Notes under the pieces: generated by a model | The model's database searches: none | What the model saw: the letters and a program-made list of their open reading frames with translations, nothing else | What the model was told of the DNA's origin: nothing | Program-made: the position numbers and the translations under genes | Shown here: positions 25,501 through 39,573 of the stretch, one piece after another | Numbering within the stretch: position 1 is the first letter of the stretch | Layout of the letters: every line of letters begins with the position of its first letter | NCBI GenBank assembly: GCA_040954595.2 | Contig: CM082576.2 | Coordinates: 18,585,028 to 18,649,027, forward strand | Direction of reading: 5' to 3' | Origin: Balanoglossus misakiensis | Taxonomy: Eukaryota > Animalia > Hemichordata | Length of the DNA stretch: 64,000 nt

Positions 25501-28500
25501 TATTTTGATAATTTTGGCAATGACCCTTGATCTACTTGGATATGTCTCTTGATAAAAAGCACAACAGTCATGATTGTGCTCACATGCGTTTTATTGCTGC
25601 CAGGACATATACCAAATATTTTGATAATTTTGGCAATGACTCTTGATCTACTTGGATATGTCTCTTGTTAAAAAGCACAACAAGTCATTATTGTGTTCAC
25701 ATGAGTTTTATTGCTGCCAGGACATGACCAAAATATTTTGATAATTTTGGCAATGACCCTTGATCTACTTGGATATGTCTCTTGTTAAAAAGCACAACAG
25801 TCATGATTTTGTTTACGTGACTACTATTGCTGCCAGGACATAACCCAAATATTTTGATAATTTTGGCAATGACCCTTGATCTACTTGGATATGTCTCTTG
25901 TTAAAAAGCACAACAGTCATGATTGTGTTCACACGAGTTTTATTGCTGCCAGGACATAACCCAAATATTTTGATAATTTTGGCAATGACCCTTGATCTAC
26001 TTGGATATGTCTCTTGATAAAAAGCACAACAGTCATGATTGTGTTCACATGAGTTTTATTGCTGCCAGGACTTAACCCAAATATTTTGATAATTTTGGCA
26101 ATGACCCTTGATCTACTTGGATATGTCTCTTGTTAAAAAGCACATCAGTCATGATTTTGTTAACATGAATTTTATTGCTGCCAGGACATATACCAAATAT
26201 TTTGATAATTTTGGCAATGACTCTTGATCTACATGAGTTTTATTGCTGACATGCCATAACCCAAATATTTTGATAATTTTGGCAATGACCCTTGATCTAC
26301 TTGGATATGTCTCTTGTTAAAAAGCACAACAGTCATGATTGTGTTCACACAAGTTTTATTGCTGCCAGGACATAACCCAAATATTTTTTTATAATTTTGG
26401 CCATGACCCTTGATCTACTTGGATATGTCTCTTGTTAAAAAGCACAACAGTCATGATTTTGTTTACGTGACTACTATTGCTGCCAGGACTTAACCCAAAT
26501 ATTTTGATAATCTTGGCAATGACCCTTGATCTACTTGGATATGTCTCTTGATAAAAAGCACAACAGTCATGATTGTGTTCACACGAGTTTTATTGCTGCC
26601 AGGACATAACCCAAATATTTTGATAATTTTGGCCATGACCCTTGATCTACTTGGATATGTCTCTTGTTAAAAAGCACAACAGTCATGATTTTGTTTACGT
26701 GACCACTATTGCTGCCAGGACTTAACCCAAATATTTTGATATTTTTGGCAATGACCCTTGATCTACTTGGATATGTCTCTTGATAAAAAGCACAACAGTC
26801 ATGATTGTGCTCACATGCGTTTTATTGCTGCCAGGACATATACCAAATATTTTGATAATTTTGGCAATGACTCTTGATCTACTTGGAGATGTCTCTTGTT
26901 AAAAAGCACAACAGTCATTATTTTGTTCACATGAGTTTTATTGCTGCCAGGACATAACCCAAATATTTTGATAATTATGGCAATGACCCGTGATCTTCTT
27001 TGATATGTCTCTTGTTAAAGAGCACAACAGTCATGATTGTGTTCACACGAGTTTTATTGCTGTCAGGACATAACCCAAATATTTTGATAATTTTGGCAAT
27101 GACCCTTGATCTACTTGGATATGTCTCTTGTTAAAAAGCACATCAGTCTTGATTTTGTTAACATGAGTTTTATTGCTGCCAGGACATACACCAAATATTT
27201 TGATAATTTTGGCAATGACTCTTGATCTACTTGGATATGTCTCTTGTTAAAAAGCACAACAGTCATTATTTTGTTCACATGAGTTTTATTGCTGCCAGGA
27301 CATAACCTAAATATTTTGATAATTATGGCAATGACCCTTGAACTACTTGGATATGTCTCTTGATAAAAAGCCCAACAGTCATTATTTTGTTCACATGAGT
27401 TTTATTGCTGCCATGACATAACCCTAATATTTTGATAATTTTGGCAATGACCCTTGAACTACTTGGATATGTCTCTTGTTAAAAAGCACAACAGTCATTA
27501 TTTTGTTCACATGAGTTTTATTGCTGCCAGGACATAACCAAAATATTTTGATAATTTTGGCAATGACCCTTGATCTACTTGGATATGTCTCTTGTTAAAA
27601 AGCACAACAGTCATGATTTTGTTTACGTGACTACTATTGCTGCCAGGACATAACCCAAATATTTTGATAATTTTGGCAATGACCCTTGATCTACTTGGAT
27701 ATGTCTCTTGTTAAAAAGCACAACAGTCATGATTGTGTTCACACGAGTTTTATTGCTGCCAGGACATAACCCAAATCTTTTGATAATTTTGGCAATGACC
27801 CTTGATCTACTTGGATATGTCTCTTGATAAAAAGCACAACAGTCATGATTGTGTTCACATGAGTTTTATTGCTGCCAGGACATAACTCAAATATTTTGAT
27901 AATTTTGGTAATGACCCTTGATCTTCTTGGATATGTCTCTTGTTAAAAAGCACAACAGTCATGATTGTGTTCACACGAGTTTTATTGCTGCCAGGACATA
28001 ACCCAAATATTTTGATAATTTTGGCAATGACCCTTGATCTACTTGGATATGTCTCTTGTTAAAAAGCACATCAGTCATGATTTTGTTAACATGAATTTTA
28101 TTGCTGCCAGGACATATACCAAATATTTTGATAATTTTGGCAATGACTCTTGATCTACATGAGTTTTATTGCTGACATGACATAACCCAAATATTTTGAT
28201 AATTTTGGAAATGACCCTTGATCTACTTGGATATGTCTCTTGTTAAAAAGCACAACAGTCATGATTGTGTTCACACAAGTTTTATTGCTGCCAGGACATA
28301 ACCCAAATATTTTTTATAATTTTGGCCATGACCCTTGATCTACTTGGATATGTCTCTTGTTAAAAAGCACAACAGTCATGATTTTGTTTACGTGACTACT
28401 ATTGCTGCCAGGACTTAACCCAAATATTTTGATAATTTTGGCAATGACCCTTGATCTACTTGGATATGTCTCTTGATAAAAAGCACAACAGTCATGATTG

Positions 28501-31500
28501 TGTTCACATGAGTTTTATTGCTGCCAGGACATAACCCAAATATTTTGATAATTTTGGCAATGACCCTTGATCTACTTGGATATGTCTCTTGTTAAAAAGC
28601 ACAACAGTCATGATTGTGTTCACACGACTTTTATTGCTGCCAGGACATAACCCAAATATTTTGATAATTTTGGCAATGACTCTTGATCTACATGAGTTTT
28701 ATTGCTGACATGACATAACCCAAATATTTTGATAATTTTGGAAATGACCCTTGATCTACTTGGATATGTCTCTTGTTAAAAAGCACAACAGTCATGATTG
28801 TGTTCACACAAGTTTTATTGCTGCCAGGACATAACCCAAATATTTTTTACAATTTTGGCCATGACCCTTGATCTACTTGGATATGTCTCTTGTTAAAAAG
28901 CACAACAGTCATGATTTTGTTTACGTGACTACTATTGCTGCCAGGACTTAACCCAAATATTTTGATAATCTTGGCAATGACCCTTGATCTACTTGGATAT
29001 GTGTCTTGATAAAAAGCACAATAGTCATGATTGTGTTCACACGAGTTTTATTGCTGCCAGGACATAACCCAAATATTTAGATAATTTTGGCCATGACCCT
29101 TGATCTACTTGGATATGTCTCTTGTTAAAAAGCACAACAGTCATGATTTTGTTTACGTGACTACTATTGCTGCCAGGACTTAACCCAAATATTTTGATAA
29201 TTTTGGCAATGACCCTTGATCTACTTGGATATGTCTCTTGATAAAAAGCACAACAGTCATGATTGTGCTCACATGAGTTTTATTGCTGCCAGGATATATA
29301 CCAAATATTTTGATAATTTTGGCAATGACTCTTGATCTACTTGGATATGTCTCTTGTTAAAAAGCACAACAGTCATTATTTTGTTCACATGAGTTTTATT
29401 GCTGCCAGGACATAACCCAAATATTTTGATAATTTTGGCAATGACCCTTGATCTTCTTTGATATGTCTCTTGTTAAAGAGCACAACAGTCATGATTGTGT
29501 TCACACGAATTTTATTGCTGTCAGGACATAACCCAAATATTTTGATAATTTTGGCAATGACCCTTGATCTACTTGGATATGTCTCTTGTTAAAAAGCACA
29601 TCAGTCATGATTTTGTTAACATGAGTTTTATTGCTGCCAGGACATACACCAAATATTTTGATAATTTTGGCAATGACTCTTGATCTACTTGGATATGTCT
29701 CTTGTTAAAAAGCACAACAGTCATTATTTTGTTCACATGAGTTTTATTGCTGCCAGGACATAACCTAAATATTTTGATAATTATGGCAATGACCCTTGAA
29801 CTACTTGGATATGTCTCTTGATAAAAAGCCCAACAGTCATTATTTTGTTCATATGAGTTTTATTGCTGCCATGACATAACCCAAATATTTTGATAATTTT
29901 GGCAATGACCCTTGAACTACTTGGATATGTCTCTTGATAAAAAGCCCAACAGTCATTATTTTGTTCACATGAGTTTTATTGCTGCCATGACATAACCAAA
30001 ATATTTTGATAATTTTGGCAATGACCCTTGATCTACTTGGAGATGTCTCTTTTTAAAAAGCACAACAGTCATGATTTTGTTTACGTGACTACTATTGCTG
30101 CCAGGACATAACCGAAATATTTTGATAATTTTGGCAATGACCCTTGATCTACTTGGAGATGTCTCTTTTTAAAAAGCACATCAGTAATGATTTTGTTAAC
30201 ATGAATTTTATTGCTGCCAGGACATATACCAAATATTTTGATAATTTTGGCAATGACTCTTGATCTACTTGGATATGTCTCTTGTTAAAAAGCACATCAG
30301 TCATGATTTTGTTAACATGAATTTTATTGCTGCCAGGACATATACCAAATATTTTGATAATTTTGGCAATGACTCTTGATCTACATGAGTTTTATTGCTG
30401 ACATGACATAACCCAAATATTTTGATAATTTTGGAAATGACCCTTGATCTACTTGGATATGTCTCTTGTTAAAAAGCACAACAGTCATGATTGTGTTCAC
30501 ACAAGTTTTATTGCTGCCAGGACATAACCCAAATATTTTTTTATAATTTTGGCCATGACCCTTGATCTACTTGGATATGTCTCTTGTTAAAAAGCACAAC
30601 AGTCATGATTTTGTTTACGTGACTACTATTGCTGCCAGGACTTAACCCAAATATTTTGATAATCTTGGTAATGACCCTTGATCTACTTGGATATGTCTCT
30701 TGATAAAAAGCACAACAGTCATGATTGTGTTCACATGAGTTTTATTGCTGCCAGGACATAACCCAAATATTTTGATAATTTTGGCAATGACCCTTGATCT
30801 ACTTGGATATGTCTCTTGTTAAAAAGCACATCAGTCATGATTTTGTTAACATGAATTTTATTGCTGCCAGGACATATACCAAATATTTTGATAATTTTGG
30901 CAATGACTCTTCTTCTACATGAGTTTTATTGCTGACATGACATAACCCAAATATTTTGATAATTTTGGAAATGACCCTTGATCTACTTGGATATGTCTCT
31001 TGTTAAAAAGCACAACAGTCATGATTGTGTTCACACAAGTTTTATTGCTGCCAGGACATAACCCAAATATTTTTTATAATTTTGGCCATGACCCTTGATC
31101 TACTTGGATATGTCTCTTGTTAAAAAGCACAACAGTCATGATTTTGTTTACGTGACTACTATTGCTGCCAGGACTTAACCCAAATATTTTGATAATCTTG
31201 GCAATGACCCTTGATCTTCTTGGATATGTCTCTTGATAAAAAGCACAACAGTCATGATTGTGTTCACACGAGTTTTATTGCTGCCAGGACATAACCCAAA
31301 TATTTAGATAATTTTGGCCATGACCCTTGATCTACTTGGATATGTCTCTTGTTAAAAAGCACAACAGTCATGATTTTGTTTACGTGACTACTATTGCTGC
31401 CAGGACTTAACCCAAATATTTTGATAATTTTGGCAATGACCCTTGATCTACTTGGATATGTCTCTTGATAAAAAGCACAACAGTCATGATTGTGCTCACA

Positions 31501-34500
31501 TGAGTTTTATTGCTGCCAGGACATATACCAAATATTTTGATAATTTTGGCAATGACTCTTGATCTATTTGGATATGTCTCTTGTTAAAAAGCACAACAGT
31601 CATTATTTTGTTCACATGAGTTTTATTGCTTCCAGGACATAACCCAAATATTTTGATAATTATGGCAATGACCCTTGATCTTCTTTGATATGTCTCTTGT
31701 TAAAGAGCACAACAGTCATGATTGTGTTCACACGAGTTTTATTGCTGTCAGGACATAACCCAAATATTTTGATAATTTTGGCAATGACCCTTGATCTACT
31801 TGGATATGTCTCTTGTTAAAAAGCACATCAGTCATGATTTTGTTAACATGAGTTTTATTGCTGCCAGGACATACACCAAATATTTTGATAATTTTGGCAA
31901 TGACTCTTGATCTACTTGGATATGTCTCTTGTTAAAAAGCACAACAGTCATTATTTTGTTCACATGAGTTTTATTGCTGCCAGGACATAACCTAAATATT
32001 TTGATAATTTTGGAAATGACCCTTGATCTACTTGGATATGTCTCTTGTTAAAAAGCACAACAGTCATGATTGTGTTCACACAAGTTTTATTGCTGCCAGG
32101 ACATAACCCAAATATTTTTTATAATTTTGGCCATGACCCTTGATCTACTTGGATATGTCTCTTGTTAAAAAGCACAACAGTCATGATTTTGTTTACGTGA
32201 CTACTATTGCTGCCAGGACTTAACCCAAATATTTTGATAATCTTGGCAATGACCCTTGATCTACTTGGATATGTCTCTTGATAAAAAGCACAATAGTCAT
32301 GATTGTGTTCACACGAGTTTTATTGCTGCCAGGACATAACCCACATATTTAGATAATTTTGGCCATGACCCTTGATCTACTTGGATATGTCTCTTGTTAA
32401 AAAGCACAACAGTCATGATTTTGTTTACGTGACTACTATTGCTGCCAGGACTTAACCCAAATATTTTGATAATTTTGGCAATGACCCTTGATCTACTTGG
32501 ATATGTCTCTTGATAAAAAGCACAACAGTCATGATTGTGTTCACACGAGTTTTATTGCTGCCAGGACATAACCCAAATATTTAGATAATTTTGGCCATGA
32601 CCCTTGATCTACTTGGATATGTCTCTTGTTAAAAAGCACAACAGTCATTATTTTGTTCACATGAGTTTTATTGCTGCCAGGACATAACCCAAATATTTTG
32701 ATAATTATGGCAATGACCCTTGATCTTCTTTGATATGTCTCTTGTTAAAGAGCACAACAGTCATGATTGTGTTCACACGAGTTTTATTGCTGCCAGGACA
32801 TAACCCAAATATTTTGATAATTTTGGCAATGACCCTTGATCTACTTGGATATGTCTCTTGTTAAAAAGCACATCAGTCATGATTTTGTTAACATGAGTTT
32901 TATTGCTGCCAGGACATACACCAAATATTTTGATAATTTTGGCAATGACTCTTGATCTACTTGGATATGTCTCTTGTTAAAAAGCACAACAGTCATTATT
33001 TTGTTCACATGAGTTTTATTGCTGCCAGGACATAACCTAAATATTTTGATAATTTTGGAAATGACCCTTGATCTACTTGGATATGTCTCTTGTTAAAAAG
33101 CACAACAGTCATGATTGTGTTCACACAAGTTTTATTGCTGCCAGGACATAACCCAAATATTTTTTATAATTTTGGCCATGACCCTTGATCTACTTGGATA
33201 TGTCTCTTGTTAAAAAGCACAACAGTCATGATTTTGTTTACGTGACTACTATTGCTGCCGGGACTTAACCCAAATATTTTGATAATCTTGGCAATGACCC
33301 TTGATCTACTTGGATATGTCTCTTGTTAAAAAGCACAACAGTCATTATTTTGTTCACATGAGTTTTATTGCTGCCAGGACATAACCTAAATATTTTGATA
33401 ATTTTGGCAATGACCCTTGATCTACTTGGATATGTCTCTTGTTAAAAGCACAAGAGTCGTGATTTGTTCACACAAGTACTACTGCTGCCAGGGCATAACC
33501 CAAATATTTTGATAATTTTTGCAATGTCCCTTGATCTACTTGGATATGTCTCTTGTTAAAAAGCACATCAGTCATGATTTTGTTAACATGAGTTTTATTG
33601 CTGCCAGGACATACACCAAATATTTAGATAATTTTGGCCATGACCCTTGATCTACTTGGATATGTCTCTTGTTAAAAAGCACAACAGTCATGATTTTGTT
33701 TACGTGACTACTATTGCTGCCAGGACTTAACCCAAATATTTTGATAATTTTGGCAATGACCCTTGATCTACTTGGATATGTCTCTTGATAAAAAGCACAA
33801 CAGTCATGATTGTGTTCACACGAGTTTTATTGCTGCCAGGACTTAACCCAAATATTTTGATAATCTTGGCAATGACCCTTGATCTACTTGGATATGTCTC
33901 TTGTTAAAAAGCACAACAGTCATGATTTTGTTTACGTGACTACTATTGCTGCCAGGACTTAACCCAAATATTTTGATAATCTTGGCAATGACCCTTGATC
34001 TACTTGGATATGTCTCTTGTTAAAGAGCACAACAGTCATGATTGTGTTCACACGAGTTTTATTGCTGTCAGGACATAACCCAAATATTTTGATAATTTTG
34101 GCAATGACCCTTGATCTACTTGGATATGTCTCTTGTTAAAAAGCACATCAGTCATGATTTTGTTAACATGAGTTTTATTGCTGCCAGGACATACACCAAA
34201 TATTTTGATAATTTTGGCAATGACTCTTGATCTACTTGGATATGTCTCTTGTTAAAAAGCACAACAGTCATTATTTTGTTCACATGAGTTTTATTGCTGC
34301 CAGGACATAACCTAAATATTTTGATAATTTTGGAAATGACCCTTGATCTACTTGGATATGTCTCTTGTTAAAAAGCACAACAGTCATGATTGTGTTCACA
34401 CAAGTTTTATTGCTGCCAGGACATAACCCAAATATTTTTTATAATTTTGGCCATGACCCTTGATCTACTTGGATATGTCTCTTGTTAAAAAGCACAACAG

Positions 34501-36091
34501 TCATGATTTTGTTTACGTGACTACTATTGCTGCCAGGACTTAACCCAAATATTTTGATAATCTTGGCAATGACCCTTGATCTACTTGGATATGTCTCTTG
34601 ATAAAAAGCACAATAGTCATGATTGTGTTCACACGAGTTTTATTGCTGCCAGGACATAACCCACATATTTAGATAATTTTGGCCATGACCCTTGATCTAC
34701 TTGGATATGTCTCTTGTTAAAAAGCACAACAGTCATGATTTTGTTTACGTGACTACTATTGCTGCCAGGACTTAACCCAAATATTTTGATAATTTTGGCA
34801 ATGACCCTTGATCTACTTGGATATGTCTCTTGATAAAAAGCACAACAGTCATGATTGTGTTCACACGAGTTTTATTGCTGCCAGGACATAACCCAAATAT
34901 TTAGATAATTTTGGCCATGACCCTTGATCTACTTGGATATGTCTCTTGTTAAAAAGCACAACAGTCATTATTTTGTTCACATGAGTTTTATTGCTGCCAG
35001 GACATAACCCAAATATTTTGATAATTTTGGCAATGACCCTTGATCTACTTGGATATGTCTCTTGTTAAAGAGCACAACAGTCATGATTGTGTTCACACGA
35101 GTTTTATTGCTGCCAGGACATAACCCAAATATTTTGATAATTTTGGCAATGACCCTTGATCTTCTTTGATATGTCTCTTGTTAAAGAGCACAACAGTCAT
35201 GATTGTGTTCACACGAGTTTTATTGCTGCCAGGACATAACCCAAATATTTTGATAATTTTGGCAATGACCCTTGATCTACTTGGATATGTCTCTTGTTAA
35301 AAAGCACATCAGTCATGATTTTGTTAACATGAGTTTTATTGCTGCCAGGACATACACCAAATATTTTGATAATTTTGGCAATGACTCTTGATCTACTTGG
35401 ATATGTCTCTTGTTAAAAAGCACAACAGTCATTATTTTGTTCACATGAGTTTTATTGCTGCCAGGACATAACCTAAATATTTTGATAATTTTGGAAATGA
35501 CCCTTGATCTACTTGGATATGTCTCTTGTTAAAAAGCACAACAGTCATGATTGTGTTCACACAAGTTTTATTGCTGCCAGGACATAACCCAAATATTTTT
35601 TATAATTTTGGCCATGACCCTTGATCTACTTGGATATGTCTCTTGTTAAAAAGCTCAACAGTCATGATTTTGTTTACGTGACTACTATTGCTGCCAGGAC
35701 TTAACCCAAATATTTTGATAATCTTGGCAATGACCCTTGATCTACTTGGATATGTCTCTTGTTAAAAAGCACAACAGTCATTATTTTGTTCACATGAGTT
35801 TTATTGCTGCCAGGACATAACCTAAATATTTTGATAATTTTGGCAATGACCCTTGATCTACTTGGATATGTCTCTTGTTAAAAGCACAAGAGTCGTGATT
35901 TGTTCACACAAGTACTACTGCTGCCAGGGCATAACCCAAATATTTTGATAATTTTTGCAATGACCCTTGATCTACTTGGGTATGTCTCTTGTCAAAAAGC
36001 ACAGCAGTCATGATTTTGTTCACATGAGTTTTATTGCTGCCAGGACATAACCCAAATATTTTGATAATTTTGGCAATGACCCTTGATCTAC
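19593..36091. repeat. 116-bp satellite array (~16.5 kb, ~140-145 monomers)
   Basis: Consensus TACTTGGATATGTCTCTTGTTAAAAAGCACAACAGTCATGATTTTGTTCACATGAGTTTTATTGCTGCCAGGACATAACCCAAATATTTTGATAATTTTGGCAATGACCCTTGATC; period measured 19709 to 19825; no unique spacers. Confidence 0.98.
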
Positions 36092-38280
36092 ATTTCCAAA
36101 ACTTGGTATGCACAGCAGATACAGCTTTTAAATTTAGAGGACCGGAACACCTAATGAAATACATGTATTAACCTTAACACAATAATTATGTATATAAGCT
36201 ATTTAAAGTTAACCAATAAAGCGTAGAAGTCTGCTTGTTGTTGGACACTGATCAGTTTGGTATCAAATTTTGTTGGCACATTTTGCATCACCTCTGGCGT
36301 ACTTTACCATTTCTAGGCATCCACAACAGATACAGCCTTCACTTTCTGTTGGAACCATGCTAACCACTTTGGCCACTCCAATGCTGCTTGTAGCTCTAAT
36401 TGTCTTCTTCATGGCAGCCATATTGGATTTTCTAATAACTTTTAAAAGTTGACATTTTCATAAACTACAGGGCCAATCAAATTGTAGTTTACTGTAGGGT
36501 TGAAAGTTTGACAAAAATATCATTAGTGGTCATGTGACTTTGGGTGCCTTATTAGATTTTTTAAAAATCTCATTAAAAAATTACAAAAAATCTTTTTCTA
36601 ATCAAGTTTTCAAGTTAATTGTGATTGGTGTAACCTTATCAGAGCTAAATTGGATTTTCTGAACCCCGATTAAAAACTAAAATTCCCTATTTCTAGCCTA
36701 CTCATTGAAAGCACACAATTTCCTTATATGGATACGAGTCACCATATGATTAGAATACGTTACATATTTTGGCAACTTTCACATGTTCTTTGATCCATAC
36801 TGTGCAGTTAAAAGTTTGACAATAATATCGTTAGCAGCCATGTGACTTTGAATGCCTTATTGGAATTTTGAAAAAAACTCATAAAAAATTCAAACAGACG
36901 TTTTCTAATCAAGTTTTCAAGTGAAATGTGATTGGTGTCACCTTATTGGAGCCAAATTGGATTTCTCTGAACACTGATTAAAAACTAAGATTTCCTATTT
37001 CTAGCCTACTCATTGAAAACAAACAAATTAATTTTTGCCAACAATTTGTTGGCAACTCTCGCATGTCCTTTGACCCAGTAATTCCAGAACTTAATTTTAT
37101 TTGGATATGGCTCTTGTTAAAAAGCATAACAGTCATGATTGTGGTCACATGAGTTTTATTGCTGCCAGGACTTAACCCAAATATTTTGATAATTTTGGCA
37201 ATGACCCTTGATCTACTTGGATATGTCTCTTGTTAAAAGCACAACAGTCATGATTTGTTCACACAAGTACTACTGCTGCCAGGGCATAACCCAAATATTT
37301 TGATAATTTTGGCAATGACCCTTGATCTACTTGGGTATGTCTCTTTTTAAAAAGCACAACAGTCATGATTTTGTTCACATGAGTTTTATTGCTGCCAGGA
37401 CATAACCCAAATATTTTGATAATTTTGGCAATGACCCTTGATCTACATTTCCAAAACTTGGTATGCACAGCATATACAGCTGTTAAATTTAGAGGACCGG
37501 AACACCTAATGAAGTACATGTATTAACCTTAACACAATAATTATGTATATAAGCTATTTAAAGTTAACCAATAAAGCGTAGAAGTCTGCTTTTTGTTGGA
37601 CACTGATCAGTTTGGTATCAAATTTTGTTGGCACATTTTGCATCACCTCTAGCTTACTTTACCATTTCTAGGCATCCACAACAGATACAGCCTTTGCTTT
37701 CTGTTGGAACCATGCTAACCGCTTTGGCCACTCCAATGCTACTTTTAGTTTTAATTGTCTTCTTCATGGCGGCCATATTGGCTTTTCTAATAAGCTTTAA
37801 AAGTTGAAATTTTCATAATCTACAGGGCCAATCAAGTTCTAATTTACTGTGCGATTGAAAGTTTGACAAAAATATCATTAGTGGTCATGTGACTTTTGGT
37901 GCCTTATGGATTTTTTAAAAATCTCATTAAAAAACTTCAAAAATCTTTTTCTAATCTAGTTTTCAAGTGAATTGTGATTGGTTAAACCTTATTGGAGTCA
38001 AATTGGATTTTCTGAACAACGATTTAAAACTAAGATTTCCTATTTCTGGCCTACTCATTAATTATTCGTGGATATGCCTCTTGTTGAAAAGCACAATGGT
38101 GATGATTTTTTTCACACGAATAGTACTGCTGCCAGGACATAACCCAAATTTTTTGATAACATTGGCATTGAACTTTGAAGTTTGGCACCTGTATTCTTTT
38201 CTGAATATCTTATGGCGCCTAGACTAATAGCACTAGAGGTTTGGTTTTTGATGTATATGGACAAGTATGGGACTTAGCTT
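36092..38280 (+). repeat. HINE-derived macro-units on the right flank (1355-bp duplication, including ~3 extra 116-bp monomers at ~37100-37447)
   Basis: ORF-track duplicates 35904/37259 and 36270/37625 are offset by 1355; sequence homologous to 17970-18770; decayed HINE 3' end caatgctgcttgtagctctaat at ~36379. Confidence 0.8.
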
Positions 38281-38344
38281 TTTTTAGGGGCACAAGCCTA
38301 TCGGGCTTGTGCCCCTATTGGTATTGTTGGAATTTTTCTTATTA

Positions 38345-39573
38345 TTACGGGCCCAAGCCAAGCCAGGCTTGGGCCCGTATTGGTTTCGTTGGAGTTTTTC
38401 TTTCTTTATTCTTATGTCAATCTTTGCTCTCCTAGATCTCTGAAACGGCTACAGGTACACTTCTCAAACTTGCTACAGTGGTCAAGGTCAATGAGTAGAT
38501 GTGCAGTGGCTTGTGAATATTTAATTAGTCACATGACCTGGCGGCCATATTGGATTTTCTGAAAATCTTTAAATGGCTTCTTCTCAAAAACCACAGGGCC
38601 AATCAAGTTCAAATTTGGTGTATGGTACACATGTCATCTGCCCTTCAAAGTTTGACAATAAAATCCTGAGCGGTCACGTGACTTTGGCCGCCATATTGGA
38701 TTTTCGAAAAAGTACAGTAAAATCTTCAAAAATCTTCTTCTCCAGAACCGGCAATAACCGAGTCATGGGATTAGGGTATGACATCACCTAACTGATGTCT
38801 ATCAAGTTTGCGAAGAGCGTTGTGATTGGTCGAAGATTATGGCGGCCATATTGGATTTTGTAAAAACCAGCGAAAATTAAGAAATCATTTTTCTAGTCTA
38901 AAAATAGATAGCATACAAATTCTTTTTATGGATATGAGTCGTGATATGACTAGAATATGTTGCAAATATTTTGGAAATTGTCACATGACCTTTGACCTAC
39001 ATTTTTAAGAACCTGCATATATGCATATATAGCTCATACTACGTGTTCTAAATGTACCAGAGTTCTGATTTTTGTGCACATTGGTATCATCCCTGCCAGG
39101 ACCTACCCCAACTATTTTGGTAATTCTGGCAATGACCTTTGACCTACTTTTGACACATCATTTTTTTCTGCATATCTAATTACAGGCTAACCTATAGGGC
39201 TATGATTTTGGTTTTTGATGTATGTGGATTTGTATGTGATCAAAAAATTTCGCTACTTTTCATGACCCCTTTGACCTCTGCTGACCTCATTAAATATTAG
39301 CATACCTAATTACAGATGAACCAATAGACCTAGAGGTTTGGTTTCTGTTGGACATGGACCAGTATTGGGTCAAAAAATTTTGCCCAAATTTTGGATGACC
39401 TCGGGTGACCTTTGACCTACTTAACACTATATCAGCACCAAACATAGATATAACCTTGATATTTCATGGGATAAAACACAGCATTATGTTTCTACTCATT
39501 AATTATGTGCATATCTAATACTCTGATCAGATAATAGAGCTTGGGCCCGGACAATGCTGCTTGCAGCTTTAAT
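38345..39573 (+). mobile_element. Inner HINE copy 1 (complete)
   Basis: 5' hairpin TACGGGCCCAAGCC-aagcca-GGCTTGGGCCCGTA (38346-38379), microsatellite, 3' GCTTGGGCCCGGACAATGCTGCTTGCAGCTTTAAT. Confidence 0.85.

Noticed and set aside
19593-36091. CRISPR-like repeat/spacer array
   Set aside because: Monomers are contiguous with only SNP-level variation; no unique spacers, no cas genes, eukaryotic context.
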